Source: Chara braunii
Taxonomy: Eukaryota; Plantae; Charophyceae
Assembly: GCA_003427395.1 (NCBI GenBank)
Contig: BFEA01000024.1
Span: 2,586,421 to 2,650,420, forward strand
Length of the DNA stretch: 64,000 nucleotides
Reading direction: 5' to 3'
The translations under genes were made by a program, and so were the position numbers. The notes below the pieces were generated by a model that saw only the letters and a list, made by a program, of their open reading frames with translations, did no database searches and was not told the DNA's origin. Shown here one piece after another: positions 27,201 through 42,180 of this stretch (position 1 is its first letter; every line of letters starts with the position of its first letter).

Positions 27201-28441
27201 ATGTCCTCTTGTGATGTAGCTTGCAGTGCCCTTGGGTCGAAGGGGTGGTCCAGCTGGACCACTTGATGAAAGGAAGTGCTCCGTAGCAGCTTTCGGAAAG
27301 TGTCGCGTGTCATCCGATCATGCACAATAATCCCCTTCACCTTTAGGGTCTCCTCCCACCACGTGTGCTTCTCCAGTTGCACCTTCTCCCACTGAGCTAA
27401 CCTGGTTTCCGTCTCTGCTGCCCACACCTGTTCTGAAATCGGGTGCATTTCCATCCTCCTCTCCGCTTCTTCTACCCTTCTTCAATACTTTTCCTTTTCC
27501 TGGTTCCTCCCTCTTGCTAGTATGCGGGAGCAGACATCCATTACCCCTGCAATGGTAGCGAGACCTCTATCTAACCAATCCGCAGACGAGGTGAAGTGGG
27601 GCTTTGCAGTCAGCCAGGAGTCTATATGGTCTATTACCCAGTCCTTCAGGCCTGAATCTTCCAAGTTTTGGGAGTTCGGTTTGAAGTACCCTCTCCCCCT
27701 GCCCTCTGTCTGATTCAGTACCAGGTCTACTAACACTTGCTTGTGATCAGACATCGGCTGTGTAGTATGTCTGACTTGTATTACCCCTTGAAGCAGGCCT
27801 TTCCCTATCAGACCAAAGTCAAAACGCCTCCTTGTGACTTCTCCGGTTTCTTTCCTGATGTTGGAGTACCAGGTGAGACCCGGGTCCTCCAGGTTGACAA
27901 TCCGGAATGGATCTGTGAGATCTCAGGTATGGATTAAATCCAGTAGGGCCGCAACATCTCTCCTTCCTGCTGTCCTAGAGTCACCGCTAAGAGCCTCATC
28001 CAGTGACACATTCCAGTCCCCGAGTAGCACCAGATTATCTGTGGCCGGGATGATTGAGCCAGTAGTGGAGAAGAATTCTGCTCTTGGTGCTGGATTCGCA
28101 GGTGCATAGATCGTCATAATCACCCATTCTAGGTGGTTTGTCCGTAGCTTCACCCAAGCCCAAATGCCCTCACAGGTCTGTCTCAGCGTCGATGATGTCC
28201 GCTTGAAAGTTCCGGTGCAGCAGTATTCCCACCCCACCTCTTGTTCCTTGCGCCGGGGACCAAAACTGTGGTCCATCCCACCAACTCCCCAGAGATCTTA
28301 GCTTCTCCTTCCCCAGCTTAGATTATTGGATACCTGCACACTTCTGGTTGAAGAGCCAGGACTTCAGCCTCCTTCTCTTGTTTTTGTTCGTCGTGTCCCC
28401 CAACCCCCGCACATTCCAAGTTGCAAGTTTTAATATAACCA
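24218..28441 (-). pseudogene. LINE B ORF2 (APE-RT-zinc finger), multiple stops and frameshifts
   Basis: Colinear fragments 27923..28276, 27482..27754, 26783..27454, 26403..26810, 26019..26270, 25713..26015, 24599..25268 and 24218..24577. Confidence 0.93.
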
Positions 28442-28444
28442 TTT

Positions 28445-31043
28445 GTGTGTGTTTCCTCCGCTTGTGCTTGGATGCGGGCATCAACCTGTTCCACCTGTTC
28501 GTCTCCCCATCTTACTACAGCCTGTGTCGGGGAGCGCTGCATCGGGCTGGCTCTCGAGCTCTCTCTTGATCTCGGTCCTGCTTGGGAGGATGAGTGTCAA
28601 TTCTCCTTCAATGCGCCCCTCATGAAGTTGGAATGTAGACTCTTCTCCTCTGGTAGCTTCTCGTTCAGGTGCAGCAGTAACATTGATGAGACATTCTATG
28701 ATAGTGTTATGGCCTCCAGTTCGTGGTTGTTCTTCTCCTTCACTGCATCAAGGTTGAACCATCTGACTCCAGCTTGAGTTAAGGCGTCCGCAGCTGGAGG
28801 ATCGATTCTAGCATCTATTAAAGGGAAGTAGAACTTCGCCAGTTTTGAGTCCAGCGGGACAGTGCAACTTGCCATTACTAACCTGGGATGATTCTGATTG
28901 GGAATGCATCCCCAACACAAGAATTTCGTCCTCGTGATGATTTCCCCTGGGAGCAGTGTTCTATCCGTAGCAACTGAGGGAAGGTACGGTCTACCAGCCG
29001 ACTGCACCATCCCTAAAAAATATATTGTATTCCCGGCCATCGCACAAACCAGGGGTACCATTCTTCTTTCAATTGGGAGCCTGCTCTGCTCTCTACTTCT
29101 ATACTCTCTCTTGCTAGTTGTGTCTGATTGCGCCTCTCTTCTCCTCAAGGAACCTCCAAGGCTCCCCGTAGATGACTCTGATCTCTCCGCTCTAAGGAAC
29201 CCCTCCCCTCTCATGGCCGAGTGATCCCAAATCAAACCGCTGTCCATTAGCACCCTTGAATGTGATGTGCAACCTCCCACTGCCCCTTCGTCTGGTTCTA
29301 GGAGGTTCAACTGGTTGCCTCGGCTTTGTCTGCTTTGGGCATTGTTCTGACCCCCACCCTTTCTCTGGCCCTGGCCTGCAGATAAACTTGTATTCAAGCC
29401 TACCCTCAATCGCCTCTTATATTGAACCAGAGTTGTCTCCCCTCCATTCCCCCAACCATTAACATACCCAGTCTGAGCTCTAATTGGGATAGATCTGATA
29501 ACCGGATCCGGGTAGGCAGGGGGAGGGGATATTCCACTGTGTTGTAGCCCCCTTGAAGGGGTAGTGCGGCTGGCTGGAGGTGGTAGCTCTATGGGGGACC
29601 AGGTGGTTGGAATGATGGGTTCTGGCGGGGGTGGTCTGACCACGTGGGTGCGTGCGACCAGGAGACCATTTGTGTGTGCATTGGTGGGGGGGGTTGGGCT
29701 GGAGGGGGGTGAAACTGGGGCATGCCCAATGGAGCTGGGCCCACAAAACCCCGATTTTGAATGTAACCGTGAGCCTTTCCCTGGGCACAGGCTGAACAGT
29801 GTGGGTCTCGATAGTAGCTGCTGTTTAGACCGGGGTGGAGCGGGGGTTGACTGCGGTCCTGTTGTGGGACCCCTCCCGTGACCTGACCACGAGCTTCAGA
29901 ATGGGGGACAGCTTGAGGCTGGGGCGGTTGCGGTTGCTGTTGAGCTGGTCCATTTGTCCCCCTTGCTTCCTGCGGTGCTGCCTGTTGCGGTCTTCTTTCC
30001 TCCCTTTGCTGTTGCCCCTAAGGTTGCTATCGAGGAAGTTTTGAATTCGCCCATGCCCTTCGTTGCCCGCTCTCTTCCTGTCGAGGGCAGTTCTCCTCTG
30101 TATGGAAGTACCATCGGCACTTCCGACACCACTCTGAGTAGGGGGTGGCGATCTCCACCGTCCAAATCTCCCCCTTCAGAGATTCTACAGTCAACAAGTC
30201 TTCCACTCTAAAACGCGCCTGTGGGCCCATGTCCAACTTAATATCCATCACCTTCGGCTTCGAACGGTCTGCCTCTGGGGGGTGCATTGCCTTAACGCCG
30301 CCTATCAATCCTTCCACTGGAGATGGTAAGTAACACATTGCGTCCAAAGGAACTCTCAACGCAATGATCCAAAAATTTGTTTCCGCCTCTCGCAGCCTCA
30401 AGTCCTTCAGTTCTACTTTCGTCATTCAGGGTTTGACCATTACTGGATACTCCGTTCCCCTCAGGTTAAGCTTTAGTGAGCGTTTTTTAACCAACCATGT
30501 CGCTACTTCCACCGCCTTCGCCACGTACGAGACCACATTCTGACCTTGAAAAGTAATCCTTCCTCGTCTAATCTCTGGTTTAAACAATCTCCTCACCATC
30601 CACCCATCCTCGTATGATCTAATAAGAGCCTCCTTCATGCCTCTCATCAGGTCTCGAGCTTCATCTTGAAATATAAATATGACAGCCCTTTCTTTTAGCC
30701 ATCTCTCCTTGATGGCATCGTATGATTCGTTAACTTTAAACCGCTTCCCCCTTTCATCAACGACCACCTCCCTGAGGTTTGCTGCCAACTGCACCACCCC
30801 TTCATCATAGCACTGACCGATGTCTTGCCTCGTCCTCTCTTCCATTGCCCAAAAATTAGTCGGAGGGGCGGGTGGAGGTGGTGATCTTCTACCTCCCCCT
30901 AAGGCTTCTACTCCCTCTCCTTGCATATTCTCTTCCCCCTTGTCCCTACTGTCAGCTTCCTCTTCCCAATTTTTTTCCCAGTTATAATTCCTCCTCTCTT
31001 TCCCCTTGGTCTTTCCCTTCCTCCCCCTTCTTTCCAGACTCAC
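28445..31043 (-). pseudogene. LINE B ORF1 (gag-like nucleic-acid chaperone with CCHC knuckle)
   Basis: Lies upstream of ORF2, carries a CCHC motif, and resembles the LINE A ORF1 fragment (WL...A V.FIF; R.YE.GW; ..KP). Confidence 0.8.
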
Positions 31044-32364
31044 GTTTTCGTTAGGGACAACCCTACCTCATGTCTGCCCCTTCTTTGTTATCCTTCCCTC
31101 TTGCAGGTACCGCCCAACTGGAGCCAGACTGCTCTCTCTCCTAACCTTACAGCTTCCCCACCAGATCTCCTAGCTTCCGAGGTCTTAACGAAGTCATATG
31201 CTGCCAAGCAAAAACCTAGGTACCGTACCAAGATCACCACTAGAAGGACGGCTTCTACAGAAACCATAGCGAGCAGGACGGGTTCTAGTAGAGGGACATA
31301 CCCATCCCCATCCATGCCTACCGCATGTACGTTGGGTGCCTATCCTCTTTGGAAGAGAAGGTAGTCCAGTTCAAGCTCCTCCTAGATTTTCTCCCATCAT
31401 CTACCTTTGAGTTGCACAACGTAGTGAGTGGTGTGATATCGGGTGATGTCAGGCTTCCATTGTTTCTTGTGAAATCACCAGATTACGCAGTACTTCCCGA
31501 GAGAGTGATGACGTCACCCTGAGTACTTCCCTCCTTTGACCGTAGCCTCAGTCATCGAAAGCTTCTCTTCGTCAGATTCTGACGGTCCCGGCACCAATCT
31601 TTGTACATCCCAGGTTGCTACCCTATCTACCTACTCCTCGGCTACCTTGAAAGGAGACAATCCGACATAGTCGGTACTCTCGATGGGAGAGTATGACACT
31701 CCAATGTTTTCCGTTGGCAATTGCGGGGTAACACAGCAAGGTAGGGCTCCAAACCGACTCAACTAGACGTCATCCTGAACCGGCACCGGTTCGGAGCGGC
31801 CGGAAGAATAGCGCTACGAATAGCGCAGCCGCCCAGCCCCGACGCTAAGAACATGGGCGAAAGAGAATCAATTGGTAGGAGTCCACGCCACAAGAGGGCT
31901 GGTGGTGTCAAAATGGTGGTTGTTAGGATTCTGAGGGTGAGGGTAGGTAGGAAGACGAGGGCATCTCGGTCAATAGGGAGGAGGTTAGAGAGTGCCATAG
32001 TAGGAACCAGAACACTCGGTTAAGTAAGGGCACAGTAGCCCAAGAGGAGAGTGTCAGAGAATAAGGAACTATGGTTCCACGGGGTCGGATAGACCTGGTC
32101 GTCGGGATAGACGGTTAGGATTTTAGGCTGTGATCCGTAATCCAATTGTTAATAGGCTGTTGAGGGAGGAATAGAGATTGAGTACAGTTGTTTCTGAGAT
32201 CTTTAGAAGTGGAGTTGGATAATGGATGACATTTGGTTCGGCTGGTGCCCTAAGCTAAATTGGTTGATGCTGCAAGGACAACTCCGGGTAGAAATTGTGG
32301 GGACCTCGACCCTAATTCATTTGCAGTATACGAGTTGAGAGTTTGTTTTTTTTAAAAAAAAAAG

Positions 32365-35300
32365 CGAAAACTTGATCTACCCAAACGGATTTCTGACACT
32401 GAAAACTTGATCATTGTGGGTGATTGGAACACAGTGCTTAATCCTGGTCTAGACTCCCCCCGCCCGAAAACGCTCAGAATAGATAGCCAACTTCTAACAG
32501 AGTTCTTATCGTCTCAAAGTCTTGTTGACACCTACCGCATAATGAACCCCCATTCGTCCGGATACACATAGTATGGACCCAGGCCAAGCCCTCGCGCCCC
32601 CCAACCAAAAAAAAGCTAGATGTCATTTTTGCAAGGGGCGCACCTTGGGATCGATGCACATGGGCAAATTATAAAATTGGGACTATCTCAGACCATCACC
32701 CGGTTTTTATGGACATTATATCAAAAAACATCACTAATAAATATAAACCCCCCTTCAGGCTCAATGTTAAAATTCTGAAAGACCCAGGCATCCCTACCTG
32801 GATCATTGCTCAAATGAGGGACTGGCAAAGGGCAAGGGATCTGTTCAATAATCTTGAAGTCTGGGCTGATGTCGGGATAGGTATCATCCAGTCTGCCATG
32901 GAAAAAAATTCCAGAATAAAAGTGACGGCCAGGTCATGGAAAGAAAAATCTATACATTTGCTTATAGAGGAGGCCGAAAATTCAATGGGGGAGGACCCCT
33001 TTGCAGAGTATTATTGGTCAAATAAGCGAACAGAGGCCCGTTCTGAACTAAAACTATTGGAAACCCAACGTCAATCAGATTGGCTGGAATAGCTGAAACT
33101 CTGGGGAATTATCGGCTACAATCGCATGACAAAACTAACTTTCCGATCCCTGATACTCCGTCAAGCCAAACCTCTAATGAGAGAACTAAATCATCCCTTT
33201 GCCCTGGTTGCACCATTAGCTACAGACACAACACAAATTTGCAGCTATGCAATGGACTACTTCAAAGATATAGTCACAATAAGACGCCCTCCTGACTCCT
33301 TTGATACCGACTTGACAGAATACTCGGATTTTTGGAACAAGTCGGTGAAGTGCATTGCAAACTCAGCAAGGGAATCATTGGACTCTCCCATCTCGGTAGA
33401 AGAGGCATTGGCGGATAAATGCCCAGGGCCAGACGGACTGCCAATCGAACTCTTCCTTAGCTCGTGGGAAGCATTTGCGCCCTTTCCCTGTGAAATTTAT
33501 AACAGTGCTTTAAGAACGGGTTCCCTCCCAAAAGGGGTGGTTAGGGGTATGATCTCCCTTCTATATAAAAAAGGCGACAAAAAAGAGATACGGAATTGGA
33601 GGTCTATCTCTGTCCTTAATGTGACCAACAAGCTACTGGGTAAAATTATAGCACTCAGATTGGCGGAAATCCTACCCACTTTTGTGGGTGAGGAACAGGA
33701 TTCTTTCGTTAAAGGTAGATCCATTTTTGAAAATATTTTAACTACCTTACAAGCATTGGAGAGCGTGGGAAAAGAAAGAAGAGATGTAGAAATATTGATG
33801 TTGGACATGGAAAAAGCTTACGACAAGGTTTGTTGGGCTTTTATAAACACGACCTTGAAGAGGCTGGGGTTCGGCCCTCACTTTCGAGTCTGGACCAAGG
33901 CCCTATATGCAAATGCAACGGCCTGAGTGGTGGTAAATGGAAAACTTTCTAATCAGTTCGCTCTGACTAGATCATTGAGGCAGGGCTGTCCTCTGGCCCC
34001 ACTGAGATTCGTCCTTCAATTAGAAATACTACTCGATAACATCAGATTTAATAATAAAATTGAAGGCCTTAAGACCCCTCCTTCCCTTCATTGGAAAGGG
34101 GGAGCTATTGCTGACGACTTAACTGTAGCCTGCGTGAATTCTACCTCTTGTATGACAGAACTGCGAGTTGTGATAGATACATATTGTGAGTTGTCTGAAG
34201 CATCAATAAATAAGGATAAGTCGGTTTTTTTCCTGCCCCCTGATGTTGAGTTGTGTATGGATTGGGGACTTCATCGTATTCCTGTCAACTCGTCAAAAAC
34301 GTTCTTGGGAATTCAGGTCTCACTATCTGATTGCTCCACTATACAGGATAACATATTGGTGGGGAAAGCCACCACAAGGATTGCAAGTTAGAAAAGGAGA
34401 CACTCCCTCTCCCTTTTCGGGCGTGCCCTGATATTAACAGCAGTTGCATTCTCAACCCTTTGGTTTCCACTAGCAGTAGCAGTGTGTCTATTGGGGGAGG
34501 AAGCTTACAAGAAAATTAAAAGAGTGGCCACATGTTATATGTGGAACCCCTACATCCTGAGAAGCGAATGGGGCCTTGAAGATCCTACAAAGCTATGGCT
34601 ATGCCTAATGCTGCCTTCTTTTACACAACTTCGTCCCCAGTCCTAGACCTGGCGCAGTATCATCTTCGCTTGGAACAAGGTTAAACCCCCGGAATGGATG
34701 TCGCCAACCACCAAGTCAACCAGATTTTGTTTGACAATCCTCACATTCTGCAACAGAATGACCAGTCTTTCTCAGCAGCAAGAGGTGACTCGAACTTCGG
34801 CAAATCATGGGTCAAGAAAGGAATTCTTCAAGTAAGAGATGTATGGAACTCACAAGCATCAGATTGGGTAGACGAAGGTTCACGGAGAAGAAAACTGCCA
34901 AGATTACACAACCTCTATGAGAACTATCAGTTGCTTCTGGATGCCATCCCGCAGGCCTGGGCCTACCTGCTACAGAGTGACTCAGAAAACACTAAGGACA
35001 CCTGGGTCAGATCCCCTGATCAAAGTAACGAGATCTAGAGAATTCTGGAGTCGGGACATAACTCAGAAATCAAGGTACAGACTTGGACGCTCCATAAGAC
35101 TTTCCTGAAATCAGGCATGCTACAGAAAACTAGTGAGCAGACGGTTCCTGAAACCACAGGCCTCCAGGAAGTCCGAGTGCGGTATTCGGAAGATGGGAAA
35201 GGTAAAGCTTCTGCTCTCTTGGAAAGGGATGCAAACTCATATAGAGTAGAACCGCTCCTATTCGGTTGGAAGGGGTTGGCTTCTACTAACTCTTTTACCC

Positions 35301-36200
35301 CTCTTCTACATTATAAGTCCAAAACTGGGGTGGAATTTATGAGATCCCAGGCTAAACTGAAACCAACAGATTTGGCATTAAAGAGGGCAGCTCAACAACA
35401 AGTAGAGGGAGTCACGGAGGAAAAGCTCAGGGCTCTGTGGGTAGCATTGAAGAAAATACCTGCCCAGAAGTAAGCTGCAATAATCTGGCTATAATCCCTC
35501 TTCGTCACAGCAACTCCGGATTGGTTTTCCACTAAAGAAATGAACATCTCGATTATATGCAAACGGTGCAACTAGGGCGGGGAGAACTACTCTCATTTAT
35601 GGCTCTACTTCCCGTTGGTAGATGAGCTTTTGGTGTGGTGGTCTAAGATATGGACCAGTCTACATGGAGCAGATCTGCAATGGATAAACAATTGGTGGTT
35701 ATCAGGCCTCCTTCCCGCAGACAACAGTTTTCAAAGAGGGATTGGATACATGGGTCTCTGTTGTCGAGGAGCTTTGCTGGAAGTCATTTGGTCGGCTCGC
35801 AATGCGAAGGTTTTCAAAGGAGAGGACGTTCCCTTCCCGCAACAGAGAAACATATTCAAGAACAAAATTAGGCTGACAATAACAGCCGAGTGGACCAATC
35901 ATCGCTGGTCTCGCTTGAGAGACCTCTCATGGTTTTCACGAACATGGGTTTTATCTAACAAGTGGGTCACAGTCACACCAGATGGAAACCTCCAACTTGC
36001 AGATTGGCTAAAAAAATAGGAAGTCTAATTTTATCTGGGGGTTCAATCACTGTGGTGGTGGGTCCCTACCTCTTAGTTGGACGACATTCCGTTTTAGGTA
36101 TGTCAGGTCCACATTTTGGAAATAAGGAGGGTCTGTTGAAAACTGAGTCTTTTCACAGACCGTTTGGGTTTCTATGGATTAACTTTAAAAACTTATATTG
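32365..36200 (+). mobile_element. LINE C, 5'-truncated, same subfamily as LINE A
   Basis: LIIVGDWN and SDHHPV (APE). ORF 33126..33926 and 33927..34391 give the RT (KCPGPDGLP, LDMEKAYDKV, SLRQGCPLAP, IADD). C-terminal CKRC...HLW and end at 36019. Segments such as MTKLT.RSLILRQ.KPL.REL.HPF are shared with LINE A. Confidence 0.95.
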
Positions 36201-36299
36201 AAGAACTAATAGTCGTTCTTCAGGCTGTCGGTGGAATTACAAAGGTTTGCCTCTCTTTCTGACTCCCTCGGCCTGGCCACAGACTCAGTAGCCTTCTTT

Positions 36300-36701
36300 G
36301 TTCGCAACCCTTCAAGGGTGCGTTTTCCCCCTCTGAGAACATTTTTCGCCGTCGTTCGTTATACAGTCGTTGGAAGGTTATAAAAACAAGGCATGGCAGT
36401 TTAGGGGGTGGTGGCATCTTATTTGAAACTACAAGACCGGTACACACACACACACACACACATGCACATACATTATCCTGTCTATTGACGGGGAGCGCCA
36501 CTTGCTAGAAACTGGGTCCAGCGTCCCATGAACATCGTGAATAAAGCATCAGCCGGGACCCCACACACACACTCTCTTCAAGTTGTGTATAGCGAATATG
36601 ACAAACCATACATACAACGCAATCACTATCTTACCCTTCCCGAACCACATAAACAAACGAACTACGGGCTGCGCACCCGTGCCCTCACGGTAAGTCAATA
36701 A
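36300..36701. mobile_element. Non-autonomous Helentron/HINE-like element, internally deleted copy
   Basis: Shares both ends with 37935-38866. It has subterminal inverted repeats, a (CA)n core and a terminal CCGTG-CCCT-CACGG hairpin. Confidence 0.6.
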
Positions 36702-37319
36702 CATCGATCTTGATTCGTCAGATAGCTCACCTTTTCTGCGCTTTCAAGTTTTCAATTTTGGAAAGGGATCAAGGATGGGATGCTGGACCCGGTTTCCAGC
36801 AGAAGGTTTGAGATTATCAGTGCAGCTATGTTGTTTGTGGAGTTTGGCTCATATCTCACCTTTTACTTTGAGCGTTAAAGTTTTTTTTTTTTTAAAGATC
36901 TAAAGATGGGATGCTGGAACCGGTTTCCAACAACCAGATATAGATCATTTTAAGCAGTTAGTTTTGGTTTGTCGAGCTTGACTCGAAAGCGAAACTGGCT
37001 GAGGCTGCCAGGATAACTCCGGGTTGAATTGTGAGGGTCCCGGCCTCGTTCCAAAGGTTTTTTTTTTTTTTTTCCCAACAGAAAGATAGTTTTATTCCAA
37101 TGAAAAAGTCGGAGGCCGGGAAAATCTCCACATGACAACCCAGAGGAAAAACTGGGGCGATTACCTAGCTTAGGCTAGCTGGAAACCGGGTCCAGCGTCC
37201 CATAATGCAGGCTAGCTGGAAATCGGGTCCAGTGTCCCTTAAAACTATCCTTCGTGGAACAAAGTAGCAACTGGACTAATACATTAAAACAACAAATTTC
37301 TTCAAAACAGAGGGGAGGG

Positions 37320-39110
<1,791 letters not shown>

Positions 39111-39739
39111 CCTTACCTCCTCCTTTTTTTTTTTTATTAACAGTTATACAAGCTCCATCTATTGGTGGGGAGCAACACCTGCTGGAAAACGGCTCCAGCG
39201 TCCCATAGATACAACCATATCCTCACAAATTGGCACAAACTGGGAACCGGGCCCAGCGTCCCATATCAAGCACGTTCAAAAAAGTCATCAGAAAATTCCA
39301 AGGAGATGAGACTAGGAACCTACTAAGAATTTTAGAGTTACTCCAGCCCTTTTTTGCGAGAAGCTTCAGAGTCAAACAAAATTCGGAAAACCCTCAAGGA
39401 TCCACCACCGGTCCTCTTTCCTCACTCCGGCAAGACTTACTGCAGCAGAGCCACCATCTCTACTGCTGCTATGCCCTCTTTCTATCCTACCAGCTAGCCC
39501 CTTCACTCGTAGGACGCGTGATGTCTTGCTCTCACTGGCCACAATCCCTCTCTTACCCGTTACCCGACTTGGCTGAAAAGCCATTTGAGAAAACTTTATT
39601 CAGAAAGTATGGGACTAGCCTGCCAAAGTCCTGCAAATGCCCCAAAACCCGCGAAATCCCTAACAAAACCTTTCAAGGTTCTCCAACACTGTCTTACTCC
39701 CTACTGAGCTTTTCCAGGCCTCACACTCCCTCATCCTGC

Positions 39740-40800
39740 TGGGTTACAGGGCAACACAACTCACCCCAGCTCCGGCCAGCATCGTCCCAGCAGCAACCCT
39801 TGGTTGTCCAGTGGAATGCCCCCCCCAAAGCACCCCCAGATCTCTCTACCAGGCCTCATGCTCATGCATCAGCAGGTTACAGGGCAACACCCCAGCACCG
39901 GCCAGCGTCGTTCTGGCATCGAACAGCCGCAGGTCACCGAGTATAACAACCTTGGTACCACCTAAACAAAGTTGCCAGGAATCCCCCGAATCCATAAGAC
40001 ATTTTCAGGCCAAAACAGACTACCCCCCTTTTCAAAGGTCAGATTGCAACGTTTTTTGAATTTTAAGAAATTCTAGAAATTTTTTTTTGCCCTCCTTTCC
40101 CCGGGGCATACTTACTCAGGGACAGTACCAACCATACCAACATCACCCATAACTGATCTCTTCTCGCCACTATGCAGCCCCCCCCGATTCGCCACTGGCT
40201 TGCCTTCCACCCTCCGCAAACCCCAGACCTCTCTACAAGGCCTCATACTCCTGCAAATTGCAGGTCACAGGGCAACGCCCCAGCTCCGGCCAGCGTCGTT
40301 CTGGCATCGGCAAAACAGGGGCACAGAATAAAGAAGCTATTCGGATGTCAGTCCCGTTGTGACCCTCTCTGAACTCCTACACCCCAGTTACAGGTAAGGG
40401 CTAAGTAGGACCAAGGATCCAAAACCAGAGAACATTATGCAGACTGCACAAACACACAGCAACCACCCACTCTCCCCGCAACTATTGGAGAAAACTACAG
40501 GTCTCGTGTTCAGTCCTCAAACGACACATGGCTGGTCTCATACCCTCCCATGCTAGAGTTATGGGACCCCACCAAGCCCCAGTACCGACCAACCTAGCGA
40601 AGATGGTGAGGAGTGCCTTCCTCCCTCGGCAACTCCCCATAGCCGCACACCCCAGACGGTGACAGGGATACACCCCAGCTACGGCCACGTCGAAAGTGCT
40701 GGTTCTATCTTCCTCCCTCGACAGAACTCCCCAAGCCTCATGCTCCTCTCCAGGTCACAGAGCAAAAGCACTCCAGCACCAGCCTGCGTCGTCCCAGCCC
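39740..40800. repeat. Dispersed direct repeats of about 35-80 bp (CAGGGCAAC(A/G)CCCCAGC(T/A)CCGGCCAGC(G/A)TCGT)
   Basis: Copies near 39747, 39880, 40268, 40663 and 40759. Confidence 0.75.
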
Positions 40801-40861
40801 CTTCCTTCTGACCTACTAACAGAACCCACAGTCCCCCCACGGTCGCCCCCCCTCCCCCCTC

Positions 40862-41150
40862 TTACCCCTCAGACTTCTCTTTGGAGCAAGGGCTTGGATC
40901 CTCTCCATGGGGAGTAAAAACAAGCCCAACCACCCTTACCTCCTCCCAGTCCGGTGCTGGGGAGATAACTCTTTCCTCACTGAAATCCATTGGACCATCT
41001 GATTGGCCCCTGGTGTGGAGTGTCCATTTTTGAGCCTTGACGTCCGATCTCAGGTCGGGCCCCAGGATTTTCCAGACTGTCTTGTTTTCTATTGGGTCTT
41101 TCAACCATGTCCCGGGTGCCCAGTCTGAGTCGGCAATATAAAGTTCAATG
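40862..41150 (-). pseudogene. Short LINE ORF2 C-terminal fragment
   Basis: DWAPGTWLKDP..VWKI..QKW..EEVRV aligns by eye with the equivalent region in LINE B (VGTWY..VWRV..QKW) and LINE C (DTWVRSP..QEVRV). Confidence 0.7.
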
Positions 41151-41378
41151 CTTTCCAAAAAAAAAAAAGAAAACGTTACCACGCGAAACATTTCAAACAA
41201 TTTGGTGAGCAGTGGAGCGAGGCGACATGTTCCTTTGTGGGCGTCGTCCGTCCGTCCTTCTGTCCTTGAGCCTCTTGTCCGTTCCCTCTGCTTCTACTTC
41301 TCCTTTTTCTTTGATCGTCTTGTACTCGTAGGTGGCTCTTTGCTCACGTTCTTTCTTGTGCCTGCTCATCCGTGCTTG

Positions 41379-41677
41379 TGGGCCTCGATCCACTACTCTC
41401 GACAGGCACAAAAGACAAAAAATATGGTGGTGTATCTTTATTTCCATGTTCTAGCGGAAGATTCACTCTCGCTTTGCACATTTCGAGAGTGGTGGAGCGA
41501 GGCCCTCGCTCCACCACTCTGGAAATGTGCGAGAGACAAAAATGTGGCGGGCGCATCTGGCCATGTTGTAGGCGGAAGTTCATTGTCATTTTGCACATTT
41601 CGAGAGTGGCATATGTGCGAGGCCTACTCACACTGGGACCGTTTTTCTTTTTCTTTTGTGTTTAGGGAGTAGGCCCT
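41379..41677. mobile_element. Cluster of Harbinger-like TIR fragments including a 55-nt near-perfect palindrome
   Basis: GCACATTTCGAGAGTGGTGGAGCGAG-GCC-CTCGCTCCACCACTCTGGAAATGTGC at 41476-41530. The TIR core is shared with the MITE at 50176-50323. Confidence 0.6.
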
Positions 41678-41799
41678 AACGGTATTGTACCTATCCGCTA
41701 ACCTAGTAGTCCAAGTTCGCGCCCATGACGATCTGTCTGATAAACAGTTACGGGTGGTGTAGCAGTCAACCTCACCGGAGTGCTGCTTATTATTATTTT

Positions 41800-42180
41800 A
41801 TTACTCTCATCTCATATTTTGCAAATGAATTAGGGCCGGGGTCCCCACAATTCTACCCGGGGTTATCCTGGCAGCATCAGCCAGTTTAGCTTACGGCACC
41901 AGCCGAAACCAAATGCCACTCATTATCCCAACTTCACTTCTGCAGAACTCCGGAGAGACTGTACTCTACTCTCATCCTCACCAGCTAGCCTACAATAACA
42001 GAACCCATACGAAACTCCGAAAACATCTGTGAGCCTGGCTATTAGCCATGTCGTTGTTAAACTTTTCTAAACTGGGTAACATACTACTTCCCACTATACA
42101 TCTCGTTACTGCTAGCACAGAAAAACCTTCTTCCTACCCAACTGCCTCCTAATCTAATATACAGGCCTAAAATGGCCTGA
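41800..42180 (+). mobile_element. 5' UTR fragment of a LINE B-family element
   Basis: Colinear with the reverse complement of about 32140-32342 (TGCAAATGAATTAGGG...GGCACCAGCCGAA.CCAAATG...ACTGTACTC). A third, shorter copy lies at about 36990-37048. Confidence 0.8.

Larger units (their letters stand above)
24218..32342 (-). mobile_element. LINE B, near full-length degraded L1/Tx1-like element
   Basis: 5' UTR at about 31900-32342, confirmed by a paralogous fragment at 41800-42020. ORF1 remnants 30426..31043, 30027..30425 (WCRKCRWYFHTEENC knuckle) and 28696..29643. ORF2 shows APE (ATWNVRGL, TIYAP, LGDWN, SDHKQV), RT (KCPGKDGL, DMEKAYDRV, SLRQRCPLAPLLF, LADD) and a C-terminal CTRC...HL zinc finger. 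Confidence 0.95.

Noticed and set aside
41725-41756. ATGA...AAA hairpin considered as a SECIS element
   Set aside because: Lacks the 3' GA of the non-Watson-Crick quartet and the required helix length.
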